From: Eledone cirrhosa
Lineage: Eukaryota
Length of the DNA stretch: 64,000 nucleotides
Reading direction: 5' to 3'
Assembly: GCA_964016885.1 (NCBI GenBank)
Contig: OZ024742.1
Coordinates: forward strand, 281,418,001-281,482,000
The position numbers were made by a program, and so were the translations under genes. Each line of letters starts with the position of its first letter. Within the stretch, counting starts at the first letter, position 1. A model generated the notes under the pieces. It saw nothing but the letters and a program-made list of their open reading frames with translations. It was not told the origin of the DNA and made no database searches. Below are positions 41,382 to 56,523 of the stretch, piece by piece.

Positions 41382-42082
41382 ATACATACATACATACATG
41401 CATATATACATGAAGGTGATAATGATGATGATGATGATGATGATGATGGATGTAACTCGATTTCTAGTAATGCTGTCGCGTCATACGTAAGCATGAGCAT
41501 GAAGGCCGTCGTTTTTTAGTCATGTTAGGGACTTACCTACGGCCAGCATTAACATGCATCGCAAACAATATCACATATGAAGCGATGTGTCCTTGAAGCT
41601 TTTTTTAAGTGAAGAAATGATTTGCAAGTGGACAACCCTATTCTCTGAAAATCGAATGCATTTGCCCAAAAAGAAGAACTGGTCTACATCATTGGATGCC
41701 AACGATGCCGCAGGTTTTATATCAGAGTGACCTTCTCCTAGAGAGATGTCTTAATGAAGACTAGGAGTCTGTCGGTCCACACAAAAAAAAAAAATTACAA
41801 ACTTACATACATACATATGTGATTGTGTGTATGTGCGTGCTTGACGACATGATGGTTATATGCATTGTATATGTGTTTTAGTACCTATTTCTGTGCATAT
41901 GCCTTTTTTCATGTACCTGTCTTTAAATATGTGTGTGCGGGTGAGTGTATACGTTCGTGTATGTGGGTGTATCTACATATATATATATATATATATATAC
42001 ATGTGTATGTATGTATATAAAGAGAGAGGGGAGAGAGAGAGAGGGAGAGAGAGAAAGCGAGAGAGAGAGGGGGGAGAGAGAT

Positions 42083-42330
42083 TGAATTGGCTAAACCATG
42101 CGGCAGGAAGCCCGAGGGCAGACCCCGTGCAAGATGTTTGGATAACATCCATGAGCTTAACTGATCTCGCTTAGGACTCCAGTCGGATCAGTTGGAGACG
42201 GTTGCTTGTGACAGGACCCACTAAAGGAGAGTTCGAGGACTCTTCCCCGACGACCTTCACAAGAAGAAGAAGAAGAAGAAGAAGAAGAAGAAGAAGAAGA
42301 AGAAGAAGAAGAAGAAGAAGAAGAAGAAGA
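42083..42330 (+). mobile_element. 3' end of a decayed RTE-like LINE with (AAG)n tail
   Basis: Translation GRKPEGRPRARCLDNI..VACDRTH followed by (AAG)n. Confidence 0.65.
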
Positions 42331-43483
42331 CGACATATAGAGAGAGACAGGTGGGGAAAAGTAGGCGTATGTATGTGTTGATGGAGTTGGCTATTCTTTT
42401 TTCAGTTCACGAATTTCGCACTCTTCCCTTGCACCATCTTCTCCCCCTTCAATAGAAGAGATCATCAATTACCAGTGATTTCCCAACCATAGGCTCCTCA
42501 GCGGCAGCTACTGATGTAAACTATTGCAACTCATCGATCAACTTCCGTATCTTGACTCGACCATTTTACAGTGGATATAATTTTCATGGTGAACCAATTC
42601 TCCTATTCGTTTCCCTTTCTCCCTCATTTCTCCCTCTCTTTCTTTTCTCTCCCTCACTTTCCCTTTTCTTCAGCCTATTCTAACTACTCTCTCTCGATTT
42701 CTCTCCCACATCAACATAAAATCACATACGCACTCTCTGCCATTCACTCTCAGCATCTTTTTAACTATCCCCATTATTTTTCTTATGCGCAAACATATGT
42801 ACAAACATGTACACAATCTCTGCCATTCTTTAGCGCTCTTATTTCCCCTGTCTCACCTGACGTTCTCTCTTTATCCTTCTCTCTTTCAATACATACACAT
42901 ACAAACATACGCGGATGTATAAACAAATATACATACAGTCAATTATTCTCCCTCGTTATCTCCATTTCTCTTCCACATCTCCCTTTCACACACTCAAACA
43001 TAAAACATGCAGGCACACACAATCTTCCTCAGCCTTCAATTTAGAATCTTGGTCAGTTTAGAATCCCCGTTCAGTTTAGAATCTTGGTCATTAACATTGT
43101 CGACATTATTTTTCATACCTGCCAGGGTCGATGAAATAAGTAAATGTCATGAATTGGTGTGCAGTGCATTGATTATTTTTTCATGCTTACGCTCATTCCT
43201 TGAAAACAAACATCTAGTTATTATGGTTTCTAGTTTAGGCACAAGGCATGCAAATTGGAAGACAGGATATAGGGAAAAGCTGATGACATCGACTCCAGTA
43301 CTTTACTAGTACTATATTTTATCAACTCCAGAAGTATGAACGGCTGAACTGAGAGTGGTTTGAACTACGAGCCTAATTCTCTTTTCATCCATTTCAGTAC
43401 TGGGGTTGGTTATATCGATCATTTATCTTCACTAAATGTATGTATGGCCTTGTATTTATACTAGACATTATTATAAAATGAGA

Positions 43484-44000
43484 GGGCGGTGGATTGGCAG
43501 TATCGGTAGAGAGTCAGACACCATGCTTTCCAGCATAGTTACGTCCCTTTACGATCTGAGTTCAAATCCCGCCGAGGTTGACTTTGCTTTCATCCTTACG
43601 GGGTAGATAAAATAAAGTACCAGTAATGCACTGGGTAATTGCTGGCCTTGTGCCTAAAGTAGAAACAATTATTATAAAATGATTGGCAGTAGCGGTAGAG
43701 GGTCGGACGCCATGCTTTGCAGCAAAGAGTTACGGCCCTTTAGGATCTGAGTTCAAATCCCTCCGTGGTTAATTTTACCTTTCATCCTTACGGGGTCGAT
43801 AAAATAAAGTACCAGTAATACACTGGAATAAATTCTGGCATTGTGCCAAAAGTAGAAACAATTATTATAAAATGATTTCAAATCCCGCCGAGGTTAACTT
43901 TACCTTTCATCCTTACGGGGTCGATAAAATAAAGTACCAGAAATACACTGGGGTAATTGCTGGACTTGTGTCAAATGAAGAAACAATTATTATAAAATGA
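43484..44000 (+). mobile_element. Three tandem tRNA-derived SINEs, progressively 5'-truncated
   Basis: GTTCAAATCC B box and a CCGAGGTTGACTTTGC..TCATCCTTACGGGGTCGATAAAATAAAGTACCAG core. ATTATTATAAAATGA at 43467, 43668, 43861 and 43986. Confidence 0.9.
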
Positions 44001-44970
44001 TAGGCGACTGTCACCTGGTTTAACACCACATTATTGGCTGACTTTAGTGGATGTCCTGAGAAATCATAGTTAAGATCTGCATTTACAACTATTTCTATTT
44101 GACTTTGTAGAAATGCATTATAGTTGTGGTAGTTGTTGTTTACCCACAGTATAATTAAAGTCACACTAACGCTGAGAATAACCTTTCTATCAGAGGCACC
44201 ATATATCCAGGTGCACAGAGGAAAATGTGTCATGTTCTTTCAAATATGTTAGATTGTGATCGGAGGAAGCTCTAACTTTCACCATGCTGTATGACGGAAC
44301 GAAGGCTCATTATGTGGCGTTATCTGTACAAGTTAGTTAAGAGATTTGACTCATTTCGTGTGCAATGTCTTTTTCCTGTTTGGGCAGAAATAAAGTGAGT
44401 GCATTTTGGTAAGTAATTTGTGACGCCTGAAGGAAAAGAAAATAGCTTTAACGGTGGTTAGCCAGCTTAATGTTCTGATATTCCTGTATGTTAAGTGGAC
44501 GTCTGGTCACTATAATAACGAACTGTTTTGCAATTCAAATGTGAATACGAATACAAAGAGGGAAGTGAAGTGTTAGTGAAGCTTTTGGCTACACTTGTAG
44601 AACTAACCATCTTCAAAGCGGAACATTATCATCTGACACATATTTTGGAACTTGTTACTCTTTAACAAAACTTCATTGAAGAGCAATCTGAAATGTGGAT
44701 CAATTAACGCAACATTGTGTCGAGCTTTCCATAATATCATTAAATTTATTTTATTTTTTCCGATGTAGAACGTCAAATGCAGAGACCATCATATTACCAG
44801 ATGACTATCGCATGCCTGAAGTTGTGTCTACCAACCAAAATTGTATAAAATTACCAGATTTTCAACAACATAAGCTTCGTGTGCTTCTTTTCTATATTTT
44901 CTTTACTTTGGAAATAATCAACGCATAACCGTTTTATGGCAGATTTATTCGTGTGTTACTAGGCATGTAT

Positions 44971-45048
<78 letters not shown>

Positions 45049-45164
45049 AATCGTTATCTGTGTTGGCATGAACGTATGTGTATACAGTCGCACGCAAACA
45101 CGTAACTCACACATATGGGTGTGTGTGGTGTGTGTGTGTGTGGGGGGGGTTATGTGTATGCATG

Positions 45165-45195
<31 letters not shown>

Positions 45196-45299
45196 GTATG
45201 TATATGTATATATATATATATATGTATATATATGTATATATATATATATGTATATATATGTACATATATATATAAATACACACATATATATATATATAC

Positions 45300-45370
<71 letters not shown>

Positions 45371-45389
45371 ATGTGTGAATGTCTATGAG

Positions 45390-45420
<31 letters not shown>

Positions 45421-45854
45421 ATGTGCATAAATACTCATACACACACATACACACACACACCCACACACAGAACGCACACATAACACACACATACACACAC
45501 ATACACACACACACTGACACACAACTGATGTCTATACACGCTGTTCCTGACTCAAAAGTCACTGTTCTTCTCCATATTGCAGTATTATTGATGCCATTAA
45601 CATCAACTCCTCTAACACCACCACTACCCCAACCACCACCCCAACCGTGCCATCACCATCACCACCACCGTCTCCATGACTACCACCACCGTATTTGTCA
45701 CCATCATGCCCGCCATCATCGTCATTATCACTATCACCAGTATCATTCACATCGTCACCACCCAACAACAACAAGCACCCCACCACCACAACAACAACAA
45801 CAACAACAACAACAAGCACCCCCACCCCCACCATCACCACCACCACCAGTCACC

Positions 45855-45926
45855 ACTATCATCATCTTCATCACCATCATCATTATCACCATCGTCATCA
45901 TCCTCATCATTCTCATCATCATCCTT

Positions 45927-45967
<41 letters not shown>

Positions 45968-46036
45968 TATCATCAACATCATCATCATCATCATCATCAT
46001 CCTTATCATCAACATCATCATCATCCTCATCATCTT

Positions 46037-46073
<37 letters not shown>

Positions 46074-46077
46074 CCAC

Positions 46078-46112
<35 letters not shown>

Positions 46113-46195
46113 CCATCAACCTCCTTATCATCATCATCATCATCATCATCACCAACCTTATCATCAACATCATCATCATCATCATCATCATCCTT

Positions 46196-46226
<31 letters not shown>
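45855..46226. repeat. (ATC)n microsatellite
   Basis: Direct inspection; explains the poly-I/S/H/M ORFs. Confidence 0.95.
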
Positions 46227-46227
<1 letters not shown>

Positions 46228-47016
46228 GGACCTCCTTATCAATGTTATTATTTTCATTGACATCAGCATTTGGTGTGTTGGCGTGTTCCTCTCTTAGTAG
46301 GAATCCGACTGTTAAACATGAAAGATCTGCAGGTAGAATCAGAAAGAAAAGGTGGAAGAGTCTGGAGCACTAAATGAAAGAAGCGTAAAAAAATAGAATA
46401 AGTTAAAAGAAGAGAAGAGAAGAAGGTAAGCAACAAGGAGAGAGCTGTTTCCTGTTGTTGAATACGGCAGTAGTGCGTGACAGCAAAAGTTTGCTCCACA
46501 ATATAATGGCGACTGGTTTTGAATATCTTACATAATAGACTAGATTTCTTTTTTCGCTTGAAATATATACTATGTATGTATGTATGTATGTATGTATGTA
46601 TGTATGTATGTATGTATGTGTGTGTCTATGTGTCTATGTGTCTATGTGTTTATGTATGTATGTATGTATGTATGTATGTATGTATGTATGTGTGTATGTG
46701 TCTATGTGTCTAAGTGTCTATGTGTTTATGTATGTATGTATGTATGTATGTATGTATGTATGTATGTATGTATGTATGTATGTATGTATGTGTGTATGTG
46801 TCTATGTGTGTATGTGTGTATGTATGTATGTATGTATGTATCTATGTGTCTGTGTCTATGTGTTTATGTATGTATGTGTCTGTCTATGTATGTATGTGTC
46901 TATGTATGTATGTGTCTATGTATGTATGTATGTATGTATGTATGTATGTATGTATGTATGTATGCATGTATGTGTCTATGTACGTATGTGTCTATATATG
47001 TATGTGTCTATGTATT

Positions 47017-47050
<34 letters not shown>

Positions 47051-47495
47051 GGTGTCTATGTATTTATGTATGTATGTGTATATGTATGTGTATATGTATG
47101 TATATGTCTATATATGCATATGTCTATGTATTTATGTATGTTAGTATGTATGTATATATGCATTGTCTATATATGTATGTTTGTATGTATATATGTATGT
47201 ATATGCATGTATATATGTCTATGTATGTATGTGTGTATATATGTATTTATGTATGTATGTAAGAATATGTGTGTATGTATATATATATATATATATATAC
47301 ATACATATATATATATAGTGTATATATATATATATATATACATATATGTATTTATATGTGTGTGTATTTGTGTGTGTATGTGTGAGTGTGTGTGTCTATG
47401 TGTGGGGCGTGCGTATGTATAAGCGCAATTGTGTGTTTTACATATATATATATGACTGTGTCTTTGTGTTTATTAACAGATTGTTAGTTACCAGG

Positions 47496-47551
<56 letters not shown>

Positions 47552-48699
47552 ATATACACATACACACAGACACTTGTGCGTACAAACAACACACACAGAC
47601 ACATACGCACAACATATATATATATGTGTATGAGTGTGTGTTTATGTCTGTGCGTGTGTGTAACATGATATAATCGATATAGTATTTGACAAAATATCTG
47701 ATGGTATTTGTTCCAGTTCTTTACATTATACGTTCCACTTCCACCACGGCAAACTCTGCCTCTCCTCCTCATAGGTTCAATGTATCAGAGAAATGCAGAA
47801 ACAATTCCCGTTTTACACTCGGAAATCACGTCTTGGGAGTCAGACACCACCCAGCAACCACTAGTTCAGTGATGGTGGTGTTGGTTTTATTTTTACGATC
47901 ATCTGTGCAAAGTAATTCTGATTTCCATGTTATTAACGGTAGGGGTTTAATTGTTTTAGGTCTCACGTGCATATATCAGTAAAATTAAAATCCATCTATA
48001 TCGTACTGAAAAAAAACCTTACTAAATGATTATCACAACATGCGTATGCATTCAGAGATACAGAAAAATGCCTTATCACTTCACAATCCACATAAATCTG
48101 GTGGTTAAATAATGGAAATATTACCAATTAGAAAACTGATTGCCCCATTATAGAAGAGGCGACCTTCTTCTACGTTAGTTACTTTAGAATGTGTCATTTC
48201 TGTGTTTCGAAAGAATATATTAAATTACAGCATTTTACAGTTTTCAACTAAGCATCAGAATTTGAGTATACTTCTGTGAAAACATTTAGAAAGTTGTGTT
48301 GCTCTATTTTCAACTACCACTCGATCAGATTTGCAATCAACTGTAAAATGTTTATATAAGGTAAAGATATTTATTATTTCCTACTACGGAGAACAGAGTA
48401 CTTGTACCGTATACAAGGATAACAACAAAAACAACAACAGTAACAACAATAATAAACATATCTAATTATAGGCACAAGAGCATCGATTTTGGGAAGAGAG
48501 GAAAAGTGAATTAAATCGCGCCCAGTGTATTACTTGTGCTTTATTTTATCGACCTAGTAAGGATAAATGGCAGAGTTAATCTCAGCGGGATTTAAAATTA
48601 GAAAGTAAAGGGCCGTAATTCTATGCAACTAATGCTGAAACATAAAGGACAATAACAATAAACAGGGGCAGAAGGGATTTACATAAACATGTAAAAGAA

Positions 48700-49240
48700 T
48701 TATAAGAAGTAACAACAAATTAATAACAACAAAACCCCCAGTAGGGAAAGTAACAACTAGGGTAACTTAGAACACCCAGAGATCTTAAACCATCATAAAC
48801 TCAAAAGGCAGCATAAGATAGTTCCCCTTCTCTTCTCTAAAATCTCCAGGCGGCAGCCTCCTGGTCACAGTAGGGCCCTTACCTCGAGTCGTCCTCGCTC
48901 CATTATTCCACCTTTTAAGAAAAGTAGTAGAGGCAGTACTTCCCTCTCAACCTTGACCTTCTTACCAATTGGAACTTGAAAAGGTTGATGGGGGCTTAGA
49001 GAAAGAGTAAAGTGTCTGTCTTCAGTCTTTTAGCTGCTTCCATCACACAACTTCTTTCGTAACAGCCGCCAGACAGAGGGAAGCTATCGGCCCTTCCGGG
49101 TCAAAAGAATGCGTCCGGACTATCTTCACGATAGAATAGAATGATTGCGGATCCGTCTTACATACGATAATAGATGCTCGACAAAACTGCACGAGTCAGC
49201 AATGCTCGGACCCTGGATGAGTGCGTTTAGAATGGTTACA
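48700..49240 (-). pseudogene. Decayed L1/Tx1-like ORF2 C-terminus
   Basis: Manual translation gives TILNALIQGPSIADSCSFVEHLL (degenerate ETxxHxxxxC), AVTKEVV*W and KVEREVL..FLKRW. Confidence 0.5.
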
Positions 49241-49519
49241 TAGTCGATCAGTATTTTATTTTATCGTCACCGTAGTTAGTGACAGTGGGATTTGAACTCA
49301 GTAAGTAGAAGACCATAACGATATTCCACAAAGCATGTCGTCTGACACTCTACCAATGCTGCCATTCTAACGTTCTTGTCCATGTTAATATAGTAACCAA
49401 AATTAATCTCTGTCAAAGAAACTTCAAAGACTTCAATACCAGCAACAAATACTAAGCGACAACTGTAATAGAAACAGCTGCAGTGGCAGTAAGAGTGGCA
49501 GTAGTAGTGGTGGTGTTTA

Positions 49520-49587
<68 letters not shown>

Positions 49588-49682
49588 TAAGCAGTAGGAG
49601 CAAGAAGAACAGCGGGAGCCAGTAACAAACGACAACCAATATGATCACCGTCATCACCATTAACATCATAATCATCATTATT

Positions 49683-49866
49683 TTGGCAGTATCGGTAGAG
49701 GGTCGGACGTCATGCTTTGACGCATAGAGTTACAGCTCTTTCCATTCTGAGTTCAAATCCCGCCGAGGTCAAATTTGCCTTTCATCCTTACGGGGTCGAT
49801 AAATTAAAGTACCAGTAATGTACTGAGTAATTGCTGGTCTTGTGCCAGAATTAGAAACAATTATTA
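49683..49866 (+). mobile_element. tRNA-derived SINE (same family as 43484); further copies near 19570, 48470, 54930 and 59521
   Basis: A/B boxes and the shared core sequence. Confidence 0.85.
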
Positions 49867-50297
49867 TCAAAAACAACAATAATAATCCACATGACCGACG
49901 ACCACCAACCATCCAACCAACCAGCCGATAACAACCACAATGTGAAGATTGCTATGACTGCAACGATAAAAATTAATTTCAAAACAAAAAAATAAACGAC
50001 AAAAGAAATCTATATAAAACGAAAAACGAAACATCAAAATATATTATAAAAATGCAAAACAAAAATAAAATATAACCAAACGAAACGAAATAAATCTAAC
50101 AAAAATCTTCAATTTCATTCAATAAATTCTGATAAAAGACACAAAATAAAACCGAAATAACATTTATTGAGAACTTTATTGAAAATTTTTGGCGGAGAAC
50201 ATTTATCAAATAGCATTTAGATTATTCAGAATTTAAATACATGCAAAAGTAGAAAAATAATAAATGTAGAAATATATAAATAAATATATATAATAGA

Positions 50298-50440
<143 letters not shown>

Positions 50441-50723
50441 AGTGTAACAGAGGGAGTGAGAATCAAAACGTAAAAGTGGGTAAGGTAGGAGGGAAAATTA
50501 TACGAAAATCTGAGTAAAGGAGAATTTGAAAATTGTGAAGAAAATCTTGATAAAATGGCTGCTGTTTAATAAGAGTCTAATTGCAGAAAACGATATTTCA
50601 TGATAGCTGTTTCAGAAGAGAAGTAAAAAGAATTAATATGATATGTTTATAGGTATATATGTATATATGTATGTATACATAAATGTGTATGCATGTACGA
50701 ATGGAAGTATATAATAATATATG

Positions 50724-50796
<73 letters not shown>

Positions 50797-50895
50797 GCAT
50801 ATATATATATATACATATATATACATAATATATATATATATATATATATACATATATATATACATATATATATATATATACATTATATATATGTA

Positions 50896-51003
<108 letters not shown>

Positions 51004-51056
51004 TATATATATGTATATATATATACATTATATATATATATGTATATATATTATGG

Positions 51057-51133
<77 letters not shown>

Positions 51134-51491
51134 TACATATATATGTGTGTGTGTGTACACCTACAAACGCACATACATACACGCATACATGTATATATAT
51201 TGCGTGCGTTCTTGAATGGTTGAGATATTTGTGTAATATTCTATATATGTTTGGTGTACAGTTCCTCCGTGCTCTTTGCCACAGATTTTATTATATTTTT
51301 TGGTGCCGGTTCAAATTTCAATACTAATTTTGCAAACGTGGTCGACGGTGATTGGTTGAGCAGACAGATCGGCTTTGCCACTGTAGATGAGATCGAATAT
51401 CTATTCAAATCGACATTTCTAATCATAACAACAAGCTCTCTGCTTCTGCGTCCGATTTAAACGTACATGTCTTTATTTGATACACATACAT

Positions 51492-51548
<57 letters not shown>

Positions 51549-51628
51549 TACACATATAATACAAACTTACATACACACATACATGCATGCATACATAAAT
51601 GCATGCATATTTACTTGTATACATACAA

Positions 51629-51671
<43 letters not shown>

Positions 51672-51839
51672 TAAATATTTGTGTGAACTAGAGTGAACAA
51701 AGTATCTTAAAGATAGCGTTTCTGGAGTGATGTGGTCTTTATATGCAGTTTTCAACAAGCAATAACCTCGCTTCAGATAACCAATATTTAATACACCAAT
51801 TACATGTATATTTTTGAGTACTAAAATGAATTAGACTTG

Positions 51840-52460
51840 TCTATCAATAATAACAGGGGGTGCAAGCTCTCGTACCCCAATGTCATCTCCAGAGATTCTG
51901 GTATTGAAATCCAGGACTTGGCAACGGCAACGAATGACAGACGCACGTGGAGATCCATTGTTGAGTCGATTTCAGCTGAGGGCGCCGGATGATAATGATG
52001 ATCAATGAGGAGATCTGAACACTGTAACATAAATGATTCTGCTGAACCCTATTTTTTATATCTATGAATAAATTCTTCTTCTTCTTCTTCTTCTTCTTCT
52101 TCTTCTTCTTCTTCTTCTTCTTCTTCTTCTTCTTCTTCTTCTTCTTCTTCTTCTTCTTCTTTTTCGCCCACTTATTTCTTGGAAGGTTGTGTGGGACGAG
52201 TCCGCACGCATGACCTCCAGAGGGTCCTATCAGAAACAAGCTTCTCCAGTTGAAGCAGCTGGATTTCTGTCTGTGCAGTCATGTCTGGCGCCACACCTGA
52301 ATAGTAGAAATTCCAGCATTCATTTAAGTACCAGAGCCGTAGAAATTCTTGGAGGAAACGCCGACTATATCTAACCGGTACCATCCTCCATCTGTTCCTG
52401 TTCCTTAACTCTAAGAGTTGTGATATTCCAGTTGTCAAGGTTTGCTCCATTCCGAACAAA
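51840..52460. mobile_element. Two tail-to-tail RTE-like LINE 3' ends; the junction is duplicated at 53419-53682
   Basis: Plus strand: DLATATNDRRTWRSIVES with a (TGA)n tail. Minus strand: KLVSDRTLWRSCVR with an (AAG)n tail. Confidence 0.6.
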
Positions 52461-52519
52461 CGCTAATTTGACTACTGATTACGAGGGGGCAAAGAAAAGA
52501 TTGATAAATTAAGAAAGAT

Positions 52520-52866
52520 ATAAATCAATATTTATTAAGGAGGCAAGTTCTTTAAAATGTACTTAGAAACAGGAGAACATCACGAGAAGAACATTTTTAT
52601 GGTTTGTTGTTGTGTAAATTATTCAATATCCACAATTTCTCATCATTGGATAATCTACAGGGTTTGAATCCATTTATATATGGTTAAGAATTTTGTAGTA
52701 TCTTCCATTTGGCGGAGAATTCAATGTTCTTGTCTTTTAGTAGCCATATGTCATTTGCCACATTTTAGGGGTTACCTTTATATGGGTATCTGAAGGTCGT
52801 TTCGTGATTAAAGTAGCGACTTTTAAACCTGCTCTCTGATATACCGAAATATATCCAGGATTCCAT
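52520..52866 (-). pseudogene. Decayed PLE GIY-YIG endonuclease fragment (different PLE lineage)
   Basis: YFGISESRFKSRYFNHETTFR; in another frame DIWLLKDKNIEFSAKWKIL..CRL..EKLWIL. Confidence 0.75.
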
Positions 52867-52884
52867 TACTACTACTACTACTAC

Positions 52885-52962
<78 letters not shown>

Positions 52963-54054
52963 ATGCGTGTGTGTGTGTGTGTATGTGTGTGTGTGTGTGC
53001 GTGTGCAATGTTGTACACGGAAAAAGGGACGTAAGGCAAACAAACAAAAGCCTCTATCTTCTTCATCGAAAATCAGCGGGACAACGTACTTTCGTACATA
53101 AAGGATGGATTTCAGAATTATTACAGTCTGGTTGTACAACATCCCGAACAGGTTCATAGAAAGCTGCATGAGAGACAATATAACATCACAGAGACAGACA
53201 AATAAATCGAGTGTCTTTCGAATAAAGCAGAGAGAATTATATAATAATATAAGACAAACGTCTGGCTAATGACAGTACATGTAAGTTATGCAAGTAGTAA
53301 CAGAGGACAGACAGAAATAGTTATATTCTTTCTTCCAAAAACAGCCGACAAAACATGTATTATCGCTTTTAAATCTGAGGAGTGAAAGAAAGATTAAGAG
53401 GGATTCGAAAATTAGATTCTGTTGAGTCGATTTCGGCTGAGGCCGCCGGATGATGATGATGATCAATGAGGAGATCTGAACACTGTAACATAAATGATTC
53501 TGCTGAACACTATTTTTAATATCTATGAATAAATTCTTCTTCTTCTTCTTCTTCTTCTTCTTCTTCTTCTTCTTCTTCTTCTTCTTCTTCTTCTTCTTCT
53601 TCTTCTTCTTCTTCTTCTTCTTCTTCTTCTTTTTCTTCTTCTTCTTCTTCTTCTTCTTCTTCGCCCACTTAATTCTTGGAAGGTCGTGCATCAGCAAGCG
53701 AATGGGAAAGAAACAAGAAGAGTAGAAGAAAGGAAAGGGGAGTGCAAGAGAGAGAAGCAACAGGAGATAAATAAAGATGGAGTTCTCGGGCAAGTAATCA
53801 CAACAGTTAATCAAAGAAATGTGGTGTGCGTGGCATCAGTATAGAATAAATATTAACAAGTTTGTACACGGAAACACGGAACGTATATGCACTATATGTG
53901 AAAATATGACGGCATTGTAACAGCTGAAACGGCTTTTTTAAGCAAATAAGCCCAACAACTTAAATATAAAAAAAAAACACCACACACAAACACATGCACA
54001 TATATACGCCCACACAAACACGAATACACACACGCACACACATATATATATATA

Positions 54055-54088
<34 letters not shown>

Positions 54089-54296
54089 CATACATACATA
54101 CATACATACCTATACATACATATATATATGTGTATGGTTCAAGGAAACGGTTTCTATGGAAAAGGGGATAGAGAGTTCGTGCTTTAGCTCTTCTTCAGGA
54201 GTTCAAAAATAGAGTAATTAGATATATATATATGTGTCTGTGTGTGTGTGTCTGTGTGCGTGTGCGCGCGCGTGTGTATGTGTGTGTGTGTGTGGT

Positions 54297-54348
<52 letters not shown>

Positions 54349-54571
54349 TATGTAGAATAAGAAAATGCAAAGTAGTTTCAGATGTTAAAGTCCTTTCTTG
54401 ATAAGGCTGTGATACATATTTCAATGGTGACAGTGGCCACGCGATTCCATGTACCCAGAAATTCCATGTACCCTGAAACTACTTCTTATTCTAAGTATAC
54501 TCCGTCATTTCTATGTGGTAAAGTATGTAGAGTGCTTGAATTGAATTACATCAATATTTACCGTAAGTATA

Positions 54572-54709
<138 letters not shown>

Positions 54710-54742
54710 TACATATACGTATACAGAGAGAGAGGGAGAGTA

Positions 54743-54781
<39 letters not shown>

Positions 54782-55365
54782 TTTCTGTATTCTTTTTAGA
54801 AGGTCCCCGCTGTGAAATCGTGTGTTGAAAGTGATGTTGTTTTACATTGGATGGTATAGCTCTCAATAAAAACAGTCACACGAGTTCATTATCACTTCAT
54901 TTAATTATTACCCTTCTAACATGTTCGGTTGTTAGGCCGTATGCCTAATTTGTGGCACATAGTTACACGCCCGTAAGTTGACATCCCACCGAGGTTAGCT
55001 TTCAACTTCACGGTGTCGATAAAGTAAAGTACAAGAAAAGCACTGGCTCCGATTTAATCGACTTTATTTTCCGTTCTCTTTTTGCTTGCCTAGGGCCAAA
55101 TATAGAAGCGATTATTTTTCAGGTAACTAATCTTGTCTTCAGTGAGCTCAGATATGGGTTATACTGAGCCAATCCTCTGCGAAACGCGCGTAACAGGTCG
55201 ATGCGCAATAAATATGTTCATATGTAAACGAAACTTCCTCGATTTTTTCTATTATATATGTATATATATATGTGTGTGTGTGTATGTGTGTGTGTGTGTG
55301 TGTATAATATATATATGAGCGTACCATTCTTTATGTAATTAATATGTATATATATATATACAAGA

Positions 55366-56523
55366 ATGGGCCCAAACTATGCCAACCTTTTTGTTGGCCA
55401 TGTTGAGGCCCAAATCTTTGCCCAGTACACCGGCCCCACGCCCGAACTCTACGGTCGTTACATCGACGGCTGTATCGGAGCCACGACCCTCACCCGAGAA
55501 CAGCTCGACTCCTTTCTCTCCTTCTTCTGCTCCTTCCACCCCTCCCTCCACTTCACCACCTCTATCTCCACCACCCACGTCCACTTCTTAGACATCTCCG
55601 TCGCCTTCGACCCCTCCCACCACTCCCTCGTCACCTCCGCCTTCTTCAAACCCACCGACTCCCACTCCTACCTCGACTTCACCTCTTCCCATCCCACACA
55701 CACTAAGCACTCTATTCCCTACTCCCAACTCCTCAGGATCCACCGCCTCTGTAGCCGAGATGCTGACTTTGAGTCCCAGGCCCTTTCCCTAGTCAGTCAT
55801 TTCATCCGCAGAGGTTACCCCCCCTCTCTCGTCCACACCGCTCTCACCCGCGCCCGTGCTGTCCACCGCTCCACCACCCTCACCCCACGCCACCGCACAC
55901 CCACCCACCGTCTCCCCTTCCCCATCACCTACCACCCCTCCACCATACCCTTCCACCGCACCATCCTCCGCCTCTTCCGACGCCTCCAGTCCGACCCCTC
56001 CGCCTCCCACATCTTTCCAGCCCCACCACTCCCCTCCTTCAAAAGGACACGCAATCTCCGCACCCTCCTCATCCACAGGTCCCTACCCCCAACCCACGCC
56101 CCCCCCGGTTCCTTTCCCTATTCTAGGCCCCGCTGCAACATCTGTCCCCACATCACCAACACCACCACCTTCCAGGTTCCCAACGGCCACTCTCTCTCTG
56201 TCCGGCATGCCTTCCGCTGCACCTCCTCCAACCTAGTCTACGGATTTCGCTGCACGGAGTGCAGCGCGACTTACGTCGGACAGACTGGACGTCGCCTGGC
56301 GGACAGATTTACTGAGCACCTCCTGGATATTCGTCTCGGTGGTAGTTCCCCCATCGCCCGCCAGTTCGGTGCCCCTGGACATTCCGCACACCACCTCACA
56401 GTCTGTGGCCTACTCCAATGCCACGGAACACCCGCCACTCTCCTCAGGGTGGAACAACGAACCATCTTCACCCTACAGACCCACACTCCCCCCGGCCTGA
56501 ACTCCCCACCCTTATTCCTTTAG
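55366..56523 (+). CDS. 5'-truncated Penelope-like (Neptune-type) ORF: RT C-terminus, Cys linker and GIY-YIG; RT active site mutated (YIDG)
   Basis: MGPNYANLF, RYIDG, FLD, KPTDSHSYL, IPYSQLLR, RPRCNIC, VYGFRC..C..YVGQTGR..RFTEH, GLN. Starts directly after a TA-rich tract. Confidence 0.92.
   Translation: MGPNYANLFVGHVEAQIFAQYTGPTPELYGRYIDGCIGATTLTREQLDSFLSFFCSFHPSLHFTTSISTTHVHFLDISVAFDPSHHSLVTSAFFKPTDSHSYLDFTSSHPTHTKHSIPYSQLLRIHRLCSRDADFESQALSLVSHFIRRGYPPSLVHTALTRARAVHRSTTLTPRHRTPTHRLPFPITYHPSTIPFHRTILRLFRRLQSDPSASHIFPAPPLPSFKRTRNLRTLLIHRSLPPTHAPPGSFPYSRPRCNICPHITNTTTFQVPNGHSLSVRHAFRCTSSNLVYGFRCTECSATYVGQTGRRLADRFTEHLLDIRLGGSSPIARQFGAPGHSAHHLTVCGLLQCHGTPATLLRVEQRTIFTLQTHTPPGLNSPPLFL

Noticed and set aside
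43484-43575. tRNA gene
   Set aside because: A/B boxes are present but there is no cloverleaf, and it continues into a SINE body repeated many times in the window.
44695-44928. Possible host exons (also 47686-47982, 51251-51460, and an acceptor-like site at ~59140)
   Set aside because: Unique-looking sequence but no recognisable domain or consistent splice chain; RNA-seq or homology search would be needed.
45375-46373. 332-aa Pro/His/Gln/Ser-rich ORF
   Set aside because: Built from (CAC)n, (CAA)n and (ATC)n runs that are open in several frames; no domain and no splice evidence.
55789-56486. Alternative-frame and antisense ORFs over PLE/LINE coding regions (also 31294-31687, 39847-41218, 61824-62843)
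   Set aside because: Shadow ORFs of the real RT frames.
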